A stretch of DNA of 64,000 nucleotides. It comes from Octopus sinensis. Its lineage: Eukaryota. The translations under genes were made by a program, and so were the position numbers. Within the stretch, counting starts at the first letter, position 1. Each line of letters begins with the position of its first letter. Under the pieces are notes generated by a model. That model was given only the letters and a program-made list of their open reading frames with translations. It did no database searches and was not told where the DNA came from. This document shows positions 38,662 through 53,436 of this stretch, piece by piece. Location: assembly GCF_006345805.1 (NCBI RefSeq), contig NC_043006.1:19282001-19346000 (forward strand), read 5' to 3'.

Positions 38662-39442
38662 AAGGCGGCGAGCTGGCAGAAACGTTAGCACACCGGGCGA
38701 AATGCTTAGCGGTATTGAGTCTGTCGTTGCGTTCTGAGTTCAAATTCCACCGAGGTCGACTTCGCTTTTCATCCTTTCGGGGTCGATAAATTAAGTACCA
38801 GTTACGCACTGGGGTCGATGTAATCGACTTAATCCGTTTGTCTGTCCTTGTTTGTCCGCTCTACGTTTAGCCCCTTGTGGGTAATAAAGAAATAGGTATT
38901 GAGTCTGTCGTTGCGTTCTGAATTCAAATTCCACCGAGGTCGACTTTGCCTTTCATCCTTTCGGGGTCGATAAATTGAGTACCAGTTACGCACTGGGGTC
39001 GATGTAATCGACTTAATCCGTTTGTCTGTCCTTGTTTGTCCGCTCTACGTTTAGCCCCTTGGGGTAATAAAGAAATAGGTATTGAGTCTGTCGTTGCGTT
39101 CTGAATTCAAATTCCACCGAGGTCGACTTTGCCTTTCATCCTTTCGGGGTCGATAAATTAAGTACCAGTTACGCACTGGGGTCGATGTAATCGACTTAAT
39201 CCGTTTGTCTGTCCTGTTTGTCCGCTCTACGTTTAGCCCCTTGTGGGTAATAAAGAAATAGGTATTGAGTCTGTCGTTGCGTTCTGAATTCAATTCCACC
39301 GAGGTCGACTTTGCCTTTCATCCTTTCGGGGTCGATAAATTAAGTACCATTTACGCACTGGGGTCGATGTAATCGACTTAATCCGTTTGTCTGTCCTTGT
39401 TTGTCCGCTCTATGTTTAGCCTCTTGTGGGCAATAAAGAAAC
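38662..39442 (+). mobile_element. SINE family 2 tetramer; duplicated at about 43298-44075
   Basis: One head plus four 183-184 bp units starting at about 38712, 38896, 39079 and 39262. All carry the variant gtattgagtctgtcgttgcg. Confidence 0.93.
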
Positions 39443-42120
39443 AGATAATCGGGTCAGAGAATTTGAATTCCATCGTGATTGCGAGGTTCCTCCATGATAG
39501 GAACATGGTTTCGATGACTAGTGAGTTTAATTCTCTCTCAAAACAAACTAGACAAAGATAGTAAAATAGCATTGGATGCTGTTGTATTTTGCGTTACATC
39601 TGTTTCTCATTTCAATGCTCTCATCACCAATGGAATCACTAAAATCTTCATCCCTACAAATTCCTAACCACCTTCTTCAGTGGCTCATGCTTATCCATAT
39701 TTCTTTGCTCTTTATTTTTCACTCAACAACCTAACTGCTGAGAGAGAAATATCGATAATTTGAACCTTTTTATATCTTGTTGATAACTACAATGTCTGGC
39801 GTTTTTCCGCAGTCATTTTGTCTCACAGAATTGTGAAGTCCCACAAAAGCTTAGATTTTGACATTCTCTAACGCTGTTTCTGGTTTCTACTCACACCATT
39901 TAGCTGCTCTGACAAAACCACATTTGTCAGATAACATTTAGTGGATATATCTGGCACATTGTCATATAGTCTTTTGTACTCTCGCTGTGCCATCTTAGCA
40001 TATTCGCTTAGAAAACAGTTGACCGTTTCTCCTTTTGTTCCGCACATTCTACATAATGGTGATTCTTTCGTTTTGTCAACATGATGTTTAATTTAGTTAG
40101 TTCAGAGACCCTGCTCCTGGGCGCTGCACACCAAACCTTTAGTGCATCCTCTCAGATCGCCATTCCGAGCCAGCTCTTATCCCAACAATGCCTACTGTAT
40201 CTTTAATACTTACTTCCCTTGCATATGTTTTTCCTTCCATTCTTGTCAAGTTTTTTTCTCTCTCCTCTTGCATCCGTTCTGTCTTACTGTGTCCATAGAA
40301 TCCAGTGTGTCGAGGTTTCTTTTGACATGATTTTAACCTTTACATTTTTAAGGTACCAAGCTAGGTTATTTCTTTGCTTTTGACATTATTTTCACAACTT
40401 TTACTCCTCTGCCTCCTTTCTTTCTTCCAACATAAACTCTCGCAACATGACTCCAGGGGTGGAGTCCTTTATGCCACTATCCTCAACTTCCTACTTTTTC
40501 TGTCAATACTTTTTTCTTCCATTTAAAAACTCCTGCTCCTTAGCGCATGTGAGACATGGCCCGTGTATTCGCTGCCTTGATCTTATTCCTTCCATTAATT
40601 TAGACGACATTACAAGTTTCACCTGCCTAAGATATTCTTTTTGAACATCATTTCCTTTCTTTCATCTTATCCGATTCAAGTACTCCTAAATACCTATCCT
40701 TATCCCTGGATGACAATTGTATTAACGTTACCATCCACTGCCATTCCATATTTGTCGCTTACACGACGCTGTTCTCCCTTCATTGATATCAGACACACAC
40801 ATCATGCCACTACATTTCCCTCGCACTAACACTCTTGCACCTTCCCATTTTATCAAATAATAGCCCAACCCCACCTAGGGGTACCGTTATAGATTTTTAT
40901 TGAGATCTAATTGACCAAAATTTGACTGGATGTTAGTTTAACATGAATGCGAAGTTTCATGAAGATTGATTAACTGATGTAGGCAGCAAGAGAGTAACAG
41001 ACAGATTGAGAGACTGAAAGTGCCATTTATGTTAAGCTGTCAGTTCGTTCTTATCTTCGCAAATAACTTTAAACACTCATGAATAAAAGATGGTTGATCT
41101 ATATACATATGCCATTTTCACTTTTCTAAGGACTTTGGTCAGTAGTGATGGGGGACATGCAGATGACAAATAAGAGTGGTGATAGGCTGTCTAAGCATAC
41201 TGCTTCGTATGCTAACAGATCCGAACTGTTCCCTGCAGGAACTTAACATTGTCTGGCACTTGAATAAATTTCAGGTACTCTCATATTCAGTAATGGGATA
41301 TCATGTCTCAGACTTCCTTATAGTCCACCCATGCCATGACTAAATTCACGTCCTCTCTTTTTAACAATCCGCAAGTATTGTTTTATCAATAAGTAATTGA
41401 TATTGTGTACCCTGTTATTCGCTTTAGACACTTTCTTCTCTCTCTGTAGAATTTCGTCCTCCTCAAGGAACTACACTTGGTCTCAGAGATGATTCCAATC
41501 ACAAATTTCCACATGAGTGGCCAGAAAGATATAGGTCTATAGCTATCTAATAAATTGCTTTAGCAGTGTCCTGACAGGGCACTGTCCTGTGTTATTCATA
41601 TGTGTATATCTGCCTGGTTGTTTATCAAGTCATTTATCGCAGTTCAATTGTTCGCGTAAAAAGCCCTGGACACCATGAAGTCCAGGCGCTTTCCTACTGA
41701 GAATTTTTGGGCTTTCATGCATTCCATACCGTTACTGTTATTTCAATATCAGATTACTTCTCATTTGTTTTCCTCTCTTCCTTCAGCCATTTACCATTTT
41801 CATTATTCTATATCTCGTTAGCTCAAATGTTTGACCAAATTTTTTTGCTTTCTTCTGCATCCTGTATCACCCTTTCTCGAGACCTTGGTACACTCTTCTC
41901 TGATCATACATTCTATTGACACTATTGTTGTGATCTTATTCACACCTTTGCAGCTTGGAAGTTTCAGCTTCCATCCTTATTTATACTCCTCAATAACGAC
42001 ATTCATATATTCTTCAGTATATTATACTTTTCTATTTCAAGATATTTATGCCTCTTTTTTATCACTCCTCTCATTTTACGTTCTAATATATTAATGTTTT
42101 CTTAATTCGTTGATATTATA

Positions 42121-42157
<37 letters not shown>

Positions 42158-42536
42158 CCGCTTCGAAACATTTTTCAAAAGACAGGAAATTACGTTGTTA
42201 AAATAGTTACCAATTTGCGTGACATTGCAAGAAATCTTCAGCTATGTTATGTGTCATTTCTGTTGCGTATTCTTGCCAGAATTAAAATCGCATGGCAACA
42301 TGCACACAAAGCTCTGCTTGTGTTCACAAATAAGCATATATACACACCACACACACACACATATATATATATATGTATGTGTGTGTGTGTGTGTGTGTGT
42401 TTATACAAAAAATAAACGTAACATGTATAGTGTATATACATATTTTATGCCGCGCTACATGATTGTGCAGTAGATGTACACATAGACACATACACACACA
42501 TGCATATATTTCTACACACAACACACACACACACAC

Positions 42537-42611
<75 letters not shown>

Positions 42612-45600
42612 AAGACACACATGCAAACATTAATCAGACGGTATTAATTTGATTCAGTTCCAGCAGATCGGATTATCTGTCTGTTGACAAACGGATTTGT
42701 CGGACGTTTGAATCTATATTCGTTTTGTTTAATAAATATTGAGGCACTGGATTTCTATTAAGTCATTAGTTCGGTTCATTCTCTGATGCATTAATCCCAA
42801 GATCAAAATCTTTTAAAACACACACCTATTACACGTGATATATATGTTTGTTGTTTGTGTGCGTGTGTGTATCTGTCTGTGTGTCTGTGTGTGTAGCATG
42901 CATAGTCAAATTTTAGGAAGATAGCTTCCCAATCAGCAAATTTCTAGTTCCATATTACAGAATGGTATCTCGAACATGTGTTTTACCAAAGCCTCGGGTC
43001 GATTCAGAGATTGGGAAGGGAAATGAGTTGGCGAAAGCTGTTTGGTAAACCATTTTGAATGGACTACACTTCTAAATGAATGGGTCTGCCTTGCTACACA
43101 CAGTGTTACATTGCTTCTTCTAGGGAATTACTTCAAGGCTACACATAATCTGTGAAATATTCACCATCCTCGCTTATTCGTTGTGTAGGCCATTCCGTAG
43201 ATTTCACAACTGGAACAGAAATCGTCAAGGCCAATGGAGTCACTTACTAAAATTGTAGCTGTAAATGGACCAGTATATCGTCGTTGTGCAAACGATAAAG
43301 GCGGCGAGCTGGCAGAAACGTTAGCACACCGGGCGAAATGCTTAGCGGTATTGAGTCTGTCGTTGCGTTCTGAGTTCAATTCCACCGAGGTCGACTTCGC
43401 TTTTCATCCTTTCGGGGTCGATAAATTAAGTACCAGTTACGCACTGGGGTCGATGTAATCGACTTAATCCGTTGTCTGTCCTTGTTGTCGCTCTACGTTT
43501 AGCCCCTTGTGGGTAATAAAGAAATAGGTATTGAGTCTGTCGTTGCGTTCTGATTCAAATTCCACCGAGGTCGACTTTGCCTTTCATCCTTTCGGGGTCG
43601 ATAAATTGAGTACCAGTTACGCACTGGGGTCGATGTAATCGACTTAATCCGTTTGTCTGTCCTTGTTTGTCCGCTCTACGTTTAGCCCCTTGTGGGTAAT
43701 AAAGAAATAGGTATTGAGTCTGTCGTTGCGTTCTGAATTCAAATTCCACCGAGGTCGACTTTGCCTTTCATCCTTTCGGGGTCGATAAATTAAGTACCAG
43801 TTACGCACTGGGGTCGATGTAATCGACTTAATCCGTTTGTCTGTCCTTGTTTGTCCGCTCTACGTTTAGCCCCTTGTGGGTAATAAAGAAATAGGTATTG
43901 AGTCTGTCGTTGCGTTCTGAATTCAAATTCCACCGAGGTCGACTTTGCCTTTCATCCTTTCGGGGTCGATAAATTAAGTACCAGTTACGCACTGGGGTCG
44001 ATGTAATCGACTTAATCCGTTTGTCTGTCCTTGTTTGTCCGCTCTATGTTTAGCCTCTTGTGGGCAATAAAGAAACAGATAATCGGGTCAGAGAATTTGA
44101 ATTCCATCGTGATTGCGAGGTTCCTCCATGATAGGAACATGGTTTCGATGACTAGTGAGTTTAATTCTCTCTCAAAACAAACTAGAACAAAGATAGTAAA
44201 ATAGCATTGGATGCTGTTGTATTTTGCGTTACATCTGTTTCTCTTCAATAATTCTTTTTCTATTTGATTTAAAAGGTCAGCTCCAGCAGTGACAGAACGT
44301 CGCCTGTGGAACGGCTTTACCCTTTTCTCGTTTCGAGGCTTTACGATAGTTTACGTTTGTAACGGTAGAGAGGTCATCTTAGTCTTTCTTCCCAGTGGTT
44401 AGTTCTATTCAGTGAATTAACTCTGTCGTTGAATTCACTGCAAATAATTTAACAATGACATTTCTCTTCTTCCTCTCTAACTACATCCTAACCATCGCAG
44501 GTGGTGTTTTACGGCGGCAAATTCTGTATTTCGACTGTTGGCTCTATTCTAGCGCAGCATCGATAATTATGTAGTTCAATTTAATGTTTAAAATACCACA
44601 GAACTTCTTTCCATAGAAATGCTCCAGCTTTTTGATATTCCAACGACAAACTGTCCATGTTTCACAAGAGTTCAATTATGCTAATATATCGACAGCTAGA
44701 TAAAACATTAGTTTTGTATTAAGTCTTATTGGTAACGTCCCGTTTTGCCAGTTTTTCAAGTGCTGAATTGACTGGCCCAATTCGATGTTACAAATACTTT
44801 TCCTGAATTATATTTACCGGAAAAAGACTTTCAAGATACAGAAAAGGATCAACTTCCTCGAGCGATGTTTCAGAGATAGCTAAGTTAATATCTGAAAGAT
44901 TGATTTTCGGAGCAGCTCAGGTGACGGCTTTTTAATATCTTTGATCTTTTTGATATTTACTGTTACACCAAAGGGATTATACTCACTGATGATGATATTT
45001 ACTGATCACTGAAGTTACTGATTTGTACAGCAGACAACAAGGTTATTCGTCTGTGTAATAAAGATTCTGAGTGGAAATGGGTGATGTTAAGCAGATGATA
45101 TCGAAATCTGGTTTTGGTAAATAGACTGATAAAAATGGTTTAAAGCTTTAAATCTCAGAAACTCGTAATTCAGAATTCTCTTTCCAGAACGAAGTAAATA
45201 TTGGACTCTGTACGAAGATTTATGGGCCACCTTCTACCTTCAGACAGTATCAGCATTCTGACAGACCCACAAGATATTCTCTAACACTGGAAAAAAATTT
45301 CTGCTCGCTGCTAATTCTGGGTTCAATGCAGTAGAACTATTCTTGAAAAACTTTCCATGTCATCCTAAATTCTATTAAAGACGTGCAAATATCATTTTGT
45401 CTGTTTGAAAATGGAACGAACAGACTGAAATTACGATAACTCTAAAGTCCAAGCAAACTTACCATTTCAATTCTTAAAACAGAGTGGAAACCTCTCAAAA
45501 TCAGGTTTTTCAATTTTATCTTGAAAGTATTTGAAGAAATAGAATCGAAAACATTGTCAGAATTACCATTAAAAACCACTATTCTATATCACAGGAAGAA

Positions 45601-46076
45601 GCATTTTCAAAAATGCCTCGAAGCTTATTTCTGCTCAACGTGACTGGAGTTTTCGAATCTCAAGACAAATTTGTGCCTCTCATTGCACAATGTAAATGAA
45701 ATATTTTGTGAATGGTAAGTTACAAATGAAAAACAGAGACTAAAAGAAACCACATGACTTCTTCAACCACTTAGAGTGTACCAAGTGATGCGTTATGGAT
45801 TGTTCGTCAACATTTTGGCTCGTCAAACTTCAATTCACAAGTTCAAGCTCTGATCGACAGAAATGTGAAGTTATTTATTACATCATAAGTTCTTTGAGCA
45901 GTCACATATCATGTGTAGGTTGGAATAGGATCGCGTCCTTGCACGGCACGCACTCTTATCCTTTAGGCATCTCCGGTAATTCTTGATCTCCATCCGGAAA
46001 AAAAAACAGGTATTGACGTCAGAAGCTGTTCATGATGGAGTAGTTACGCACCAACACACACAAGAACGCTCGCCTA

Positions 46077-46395
46077 TTTATATATATATATATATATAAT
46101 ATATATATATATAGATATATATATATGTATATATATATAATTGTATATGTATATATATATATATGTATTATGTATATATATATATATGTATATGTGTTAT
46201 ATATATATGTCTATGTATATATATGTATATGTATTATATATATATAATATGTATATGTATATATATATATATGTATAGGTATATATATATATGTATATTA
46301 TATATATGTATATGTATGTATATGTATATATATATGTATATGTATATATATATGTATATGTATATATATATATATGTATATGTATATATATGTAT

Positions 46396-46427
<32 letters not shown>

Positions 46428-46609
46428 GTGTGTGTGTATATGTATATATGTATATGTATATATATATGTATATGTATATATATGTATAGTATATATATGT
46501 ATATGTATATATATGTATATGTATATATATGTATATGTATATATATGTATATGTATATGTATATATGTATATATATGTATATGTATATATATGTATATGT
46601 ATATATATG

Positions 46610-46664
<55 letters not shown>

Positions 46665-47150
46665 TATATGTATTATATATGTATATATATATAATATATA
46701 TATGTATATGTATATATATTATGTATATATATATATATGTATGATATGTATATATATATGTATATATATATATATGTATGTATATGTAGATATATGTATA
46801 TAAGTATATATATGTATGTATATGTATATATATGTATATATATATGTATGTATATCTATATATATGTATATATATGTATATGTATATATATGTATATATA
46901 TGTATATGTATATATATATATGTATATATATATATATGTATATATATGTATATATATATATATATATGTATATATATGTATATATATGTATATGTATATA
47001 TATGTATATATATATGTATGTATATGTATATATATATGTATGTATATGTATATATATATGTATATATATATGTATATATATATATGTATGTATATATATA
47101 TGTATATATATATATGTATGTATGTATGCATGTATGTATGTATGTATACG
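46077..47150. repeat. About 1.1 kb (TA)n/(TATG)n array
   Basis: Seen directly. Confidence 0.97.
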
Positions 47151-47516
47151 TATGTCTTATGTCTTAAGGCTGTATCATGCGCGGGGACATACAAATAATC
47201 GGACTGAATACCCGATCGCGCGGTTAAACCATTGGGAGCGAAGGACTCCTAGCCTTTGTTAGGGCATCCTTCTAGGAGAAGGTAACTCAGATAACTTGGA
47301 TAACTCCGACAGAAAACCTGCGGCTCAGTGGTTACCGATGATGTTGACTTGTTCTTCTTTTCGGATTATAGCTGCTGTTGCTTAGTGAGTGGGATTGACT
47401 CAGTGCACAGCCTTTCCTCACTTTCAAAAAAAATCTTCTTGCACAGGCATTGCACGATAACAACATTGATTAAGCATCGTGCAATGGCCATACTCGATAA
47501 CGAGGGGTCAGCCACC

Positions 47517-47549
<33 letters not shown>

Positions 47550-47694
47550 TGTATGTATGTATGTATGTATACGTATAGTCAGAAGTCAATCCGGAGAACC
47601 TTCGAAAACTGATACATCCTGTTTAATAGGTATTAGAAATATACATTGTGTATTGAAACGTTTTTTTTTAAATTAACCGTTCAATGTGTTTATC

Positions 47695-48090
47695 TTTACT
47701 CTTTTACTTGTTTCAGTCATTTGACTGTGGCCATGCTGAAGCACCACCTTTAGTCGAGCATATCAACCCCAGAGCTTATTCTTTGTAAGCTTAGTACTTA
47801 TTCTATCGGTCTATATTGCTAAACCGCTAAGTTACGGGGACGTAAACACACCAGCATCGTTTGTCAAGCGATGTTGGGTGGTGGGGGTGAGGACCAACAC
47901 AGACACACACACACATACATATACATATATACGACAGGCTTCTTTCAGTTTCCGTCTACCAAATCCACTCACAAGGCTTTGATCGGCCCGAGGCTATAGT
48001 AGAAGACACTTGCCTAAGGTGTCACGCAGTGAGACTGAACTCGGAACCATGTAGTTGGTGAGCAAGCTACTTTCCACACAGCTACACCTG
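47695..48090 (-). mobile_element. SINE family 1
   Basis: Matches 1178-1592. Confidence 0.88.
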
Positions 48091-48144
48091 TTAACAAAAA
48101 TGTTAACAAATCACACGCGCGCGCGATTTATATATATGTATATC

Positions 48145-48742
48145 ACCATGATAACCGACCAGGCTATCAGATGTTGCTACACATCGCTGGTCACAATGCG
48201 CTTCGCATTGTTTTAGCCTTCAAATGACGCCACCCCGCTGGCTAAGCGAGCAGGCCAACAGAAGAAAGAGTGAGAGAAAGTTGTGGCAAAACAGTACAGC
48301 AAGGATGGCCACCACTACCTTTTGGAGGCTCGTGGAGCTTTAGGTGTTTTCACTCAATAAACACTCACAACGCCAGTCTGGGAATCGAAACCGCGATCGT
48401 ACGACCACGAGTCCACTGCCCTAACCACTGGGACATTGCGCCTCCACATAAATATATATATATATATATATATATCACTGTGATCACCGTGACCGACCAG
48501 GCTATCAGATGTTGCTCCACATCGCTGGTCACAATGCGTTTCGCATTGTTTTAGCCTTCAAATGACGCCACACCGCTGGCTAAGCGAGCAGGCCAACAGA
48601 AGAAAGAGTGAGAGAAAGTTGTGGCAAAAGAGTACAGCAGGGATCGCCGGAGCGTCGTGGAGCTTTAGGTGTTTTCGCTCGAAACCGCGATGCTACAACC
48701 GTGAGTCCGCTGCTCTAACCACTGGGACATTGCGCTTCCACA
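48145..48742 (-). mobile_element. Two tandem SINE family 3 tail-type-b copies
   Basis: Both are reverse complements of 10588-10890; the second has internal deletions. Confidence 0.85.
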
Positions 48743-48755
48743 TAAATATTTATAT

Positions 48756-48848
<93 letters not shown>

Positions 48849-49235
48849 CAGTGTATGTTATTTTTACGTGAATGATGAAAAACCTTTCAACAAGATTGAT
48901 TTAAATGATTCAATTAAATTGCTATTGCTTTGCATTATTCACATCCGATTTCGTACTTCGTTCTTTATTGTACCACCAAGGCAGCAAAGCAACAGTAGTT
49001 CTGTTCCATACGCTATTAGCGTTCAATGAGTTTAAGCCGTTTGTAATAAATTCTCTACAATAGATTATAAAAGAATTTTACAACCTTCATAAAAATTTTA
49101 AGAGTATCGATTTTTTTTACACAAACAGAAAAGGTTGAAATATATATATGAAGAAGAATACGACAGTGCTATGCTAATGAATGCATTATATTTGTAGACC
49201 TATCTAGAGCCTGTTACTAATTATAATTATTTACA

Positions 49236-49616
49236 GTGGAGGCGCAATGGCCCAGTGGTTAGGGCAGCGGACTCGCGGTCATAGGATCGCGGTTTCGATT
49301 CCCAGACCGGGCGTTGTGAGTGTTTATTGAGCGAAAACACCTAAAAGCTCCACGAGGCTCCGGCAGGGGATTGTGGTGATCCCTGCTGTACTCTTTCACC
49401 ACAACTTTCTCTCACTCTTACTTCCTGTTTCTGTTGTACCTGTATTTCAAAGGGCCGGCCTTGTCACTCTCTGTGTCACGCTGAATATCCCCGAGAACTA
49501 CGTTAAGGGTACACGTGTCTGTGGAGTGCTCAGCCACTTACACGTTAATTTCACGAGCAGGCTTTTCCGTTGATTCGGATCAACCGGAACCCTCATCGTC
49601 GTAACCGACGGAGTGC
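49236..49616 (+). mobile_element. SINE family 3, tail type a
   Basis: tRNA-like head with A and B boxes; ends caaccggaaccctcatcgtcgtaaccgacggagtgc. Confidence 0.92.
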
Positions 49617-50516
49617 ATCCATCATCAATTATTTACACTCCAAATTTTGCGCTCTTGTTCGAAGGAAAATGTAAAATTGGACGCCTCAACTTGCACTAAG
49701 TAAGTTTTTAACTGAGCATCTGTATTTGATGCAAGCAATTATAACATTAAGATGTTGATATATATATATTTCGTCCGTCTTTACGTCCAGAGTTCAAATC
49801 CCGCTGATGTCCACTTCGCCTTTCGGAATCAATGAAATAAGTACTAGTTAAACGCTGGGACCAATGTAATCCAGAAAACCCTGTCACCATAATGTCAGGA
49901 TTTCTGCTTATGGGAGACAAGACCAGGAACCATGTGGTTGGCAAGCAAGCTACTTACCTTACAACCACTCCTATGCAGTTATCTTTTATGCTTTAATATA
50001 TGCTTATATAGCACCTACCATCTATTTATATTTAATAGATACGATATATAATAGTCGTTATATCATATATATATATATATGATTTTAGATATATCGTATA
50101 TATGTATATATATGAGTGTGTGTGATACTTTTGCTCTTTTGAGCACTTCATATAGGCTGCATAAGGAATAAGCACTGTCTAGGTTTTTCCACAAAGAATA
50201 TTCCCAGACCCTCGAATAATGCATACATGGAATCATTAATCCATCGAACCACGGAATTCATCTTCCGTGATGTTATACATGTATATTCTATGATTAAATG
50301 TTCGAGATATGAAATGTTACGTGGATGACCTTGTATTTGTTTGTTCTGCAACCATAGTTTAATATATTTGTCTCATTTAATTGAGCACTCCTATAGCAGT
50401 CCTATTAAACATTTTGTTTCTGATAAGAAACAATCACTTTATTATTGATATATGTATGTATATATATGTACATGTGTGTGTGTGTATCTACATACATACA
50501 TACATACATACATACA

Positions 50517-50550
<34 letters not shown>

Positions 50551-50579
50551 CATACACCTGACAGTCGGATGGATGACCA

Positions 50580-51640
50580 AATGAGGCTTATTTCTCAACA
50601 TAGCTGCCGTTGTGTTCCGCACACTTCTTCCATCGGTGTTCCACTGTTCCGATCAGATTGCTTTGAAAGTGTTGATTCATCAACAGCCGGTATGATGTCA
50701 TCAACAATGGTATACCTTTTCCCATGAAAGATTTTTTCATGTTAGGAAAACAGATAAAATTAAGATGGGGTCAAATAAGAAGAATAGAGATGGTGATCAA
50801 TCAGTTCAAAGTCACATCCACGCACCTCAGCCGTTGGAATTGTGCGCTGGGGTATTGTCCTAGTGAAACAGGGCACCTTTCGTTAGTTTTCCTGACCGTT
50901 TGATCTTTTCAGCCTGTTGTACCTGCCCCAGTAAGTTGACATAGTACAGTCCTTCGATGATGCGGCCCTTTTAAAGATAGTCAATAAACACAATACCTTT
51001 TGCATCCCAGAAAGCTGATGTCATCTTCTTCCCTGCTGAGGAAACAATCTTGGCAGGTGAGGAAGGGTGTTTTTACTGCATGGGTTGTCTCTTTATCTCT
51101 GGCTTAGAGATGAATCTAACACTCATCATTAGCTACGAAACGCTCAAGGAAACTGCCTGCCTCTGCCTCAGTGTTAAATTTGTGATGTGATCAACCTAGT
51201 ACGGTTTTGATGAGGTGTCAGAAGACGTGGCACCCACCAAGCAGACAGCTTCGTCATGCTCAGTTCATTTTGCATAATATTCTGAACTCTCTCACGGGAT
51301 ATGCTAATAGCATCAGCTATTTATTTTACAGTCACTCGTCTGTCATCAATCACTATGCGGTGAATACTATCAGTGTTTTCCTCGGTGGTGACAGTTGCCC
51401 TCCAAAATTCAACTGTCCAATTTTTCAGTTGTAGATAAAGCTGGAGCGCCATCTCCTAATATAGCAACTATTTCAGGATGAATGTCTTTGGTGAGGCTAA
51501 GCACTTTTTCTTGATAACACCACGATGCCAAATTTTGGCGATTCTCAAGAGAAGTCGCTACTAGTTACTTCTGAAGTCTTTTAAGAGTCAAGCCAGTATG
51601 GTAGAGCAGGTGCATTAAACTAGTATGCCCCCAAGCTTAA
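50580..51640 (-). mobile_element. Degenerate mariner transposon
   Basis: WVPRLLTPHQNR, FLERFVANDE, TSAFWDAKGIVFIDYL, LFH*DNTPAH, FPNMKK and EHRWKKCAEHNGSYVEK*. Confidence 0.9.
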
Positions 51641-52115
51641 GCTAGTATGATCCCAAGCTCAAACAACAATGAGTTACTCAATCACATAGTGAATTTCCGT
51701 ATACAGTGTAGAATTTGTTTTTGTTTGTAGCAGCTTCTCCACCTCTTATACATTGGCGTAGGCAATGGATAAAGTTTGCAGGAGGCCTACAACTAATATG
51801 AGGAAGCTATTGTCTGACTGAAGATAATAAATCACCAAGCATGGGTTTGAGAATTGCAGCTTTTTAATGTTGTTTACTTTCCAAGCTTGTGGCGTGAAGT
51901 GTTAACATAAAAAGCATTAATTAATTAAAAATGAGGGGATAAATGTATGCATGAATGCCTTCGAAAAACGGTCAAACAAAAGTATTCCATAAAATTTTTC
52001 TCCGCAGGTTATTCAGCTCTGTGTTACAAAGTAACACAAAGAAGTTTGGACAAATATTTTACCACCATGTACATGTGCCGATAGTAGAAAGGATTTATTA
52101 TTATTATTATTATTT

Positions 52116-52319
52116 AAGCAGCAAGCTGGTAGTATCTGCAGCACGCCGGACAAAATGCTTAGAAGCATTTCGTCGGTCTTTATGTTCTCAGTTGAAATGC
52201 TACCAGGTTCGACTTTGCGTTTCATCCTTTCCGGGTTGATAAAATAAGTACCAGTTGACCATCGGGCGGGAGTTCAATGTAATCGACAATCCCGCTTCCT
52301 AAATTTCAAGGATTATCAT
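52116..52319 (+). mobile_element. SINE family 2 variant after a short (TTA)n (empty site)
   Basis: Near-identical private variant at 54417-54622. Confidence 0.82.
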
Positions 52320-52902
52320 ACTGCCGTGGCAGTTAATTCCGCTAATGTCTTCATGACGAAATTCGAGACACAGCTACTGAAGACGTTCAACAATACTAAT
52401 AAAGTATTAATATAAAAAAGTCTTTTATTTCAACCCTTGAAAAGAATATTTAATAAAACTAAATCGTTTTGTGCGGTTAAGAAAATAAAGAAAAACCTTA
52501 CACTTGGATACCACTTTCAGCTGGTAATTATATTTCAATGATTATTATTTCAAAGTATTCAAGTGCGACTAAATGTCCGCTTCGATGTGATTGTTGAATA
52601 CAACCTAAGTTTCTCATTTTGAGATTCGTAACTACTTCAGATAGCAGGTGACATGCGAATGCTAAATTGCATACATTGGCTCAAGGGTACTCTCAACATT
52701 ACGACAATTCAATGTGAACAACAAAAGGTTTTATCAACATTATCTCAAGTTTTATGAAACAGGTTTATATATTTGATGCTGCTATTATTCCAGTTCTAAT
52801 ATTGCTTTTGTTTCTTTTATTAATTGCATTTTTCCTGTAACGTGCTTTTCCTTATTCTTCTTGTTCTCTTATTGGTATTCTTGATCTGTTTTATTTCCTA
52901 TT

Positions 52903-53319
52903 CTCTTTACTCTTTACTCTTTTACTTGTTTCAGTCATTTGACTGCGGCCATGCTGGAGCACCGCCTTTAGTCGAGCAAATCGACCCCGGGACTTATTCT
53001 TTTTGTAAGCCCAGTACTTATTCTATCGGTCTCTCTTTTTGCCGAACCGCTAAGTGACGGGGACGTAAACACACCAGCATCGGTTGTCAAGCAATGCTAG
53101 GGGGACAAACACAGACACAAACACACACACGCATACATATATATATACATATATACGACAGGCTTCTTTCAGTTTCCGTCTACCAAATCCACTCACAAGG
53201 CATTGGTCGGTCCGGGGCTATAGCAGAAGACACTTGCCCAAGATGCCACGCAGTGGGACTGAACCCGGAACCATGTGGTTGGTTAGCAAGCTACTTACCA
53301 CACAGCCACTCCTGCGCCT
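52903..53319 (-). mobile_element. SINE family 1
   Basis: Close match to 1178-1592. Confidence 0.92.
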
Positions 53320-53436
53320 ATTCTTCAGTTTTTCTTACAATTATGTTTTTGCTTATTTCTATTTATTTATTTTATGTTTGGTATCGGTATTCATCTATTC
53401 TCAAGACGTGTCATGTTGGTGTTCTTAGAATTATTA

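Larger units (their letters stand above)
34958..44243. repeat. Head-to-tail tandem duplication of about 4.65 kb (34958-39608 and 39609-44243)
   Basis: Both copies begin atttcaatgctctcatcaccaatgg and end gcgttacatctgtttctc. Differences are almost all 1-bp indels. Confidence 0.97.

Noticed and set aside
44470-44580. Polypyrimidine tract plus cag|gtggtg as a candidate next GPCR exon
   Set aside because: No frame gives TM6 (CWxP) or TM7 (NPxxY), and all frames hit stops quickly.
46163-47262. Long Y/I/M/C/V-rich ORFs here and at 7300-8117, 55774-56681 and 58031-59523
   Set aside because: Translation artefacts of TA/TATG arrays, which lack stop codons.
47160-47515. Structured region like an RTE 5' UTR, with an 11-bp inverted repeat (47448-47458, 47476-47486); possible HDV-like ribozyme
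   Set aside because: I could not assemble the nested double pseudoknot by eye; it needs a descriptor search.
52347-52385. GAAA, a near-palindrome and CTGAAGA inside a gtcttca/tgaagac stem
   Set aside because: Elements are out of order for type I, stem II cannot close and there is no NUH triplet. Not a supportable hammerhead.
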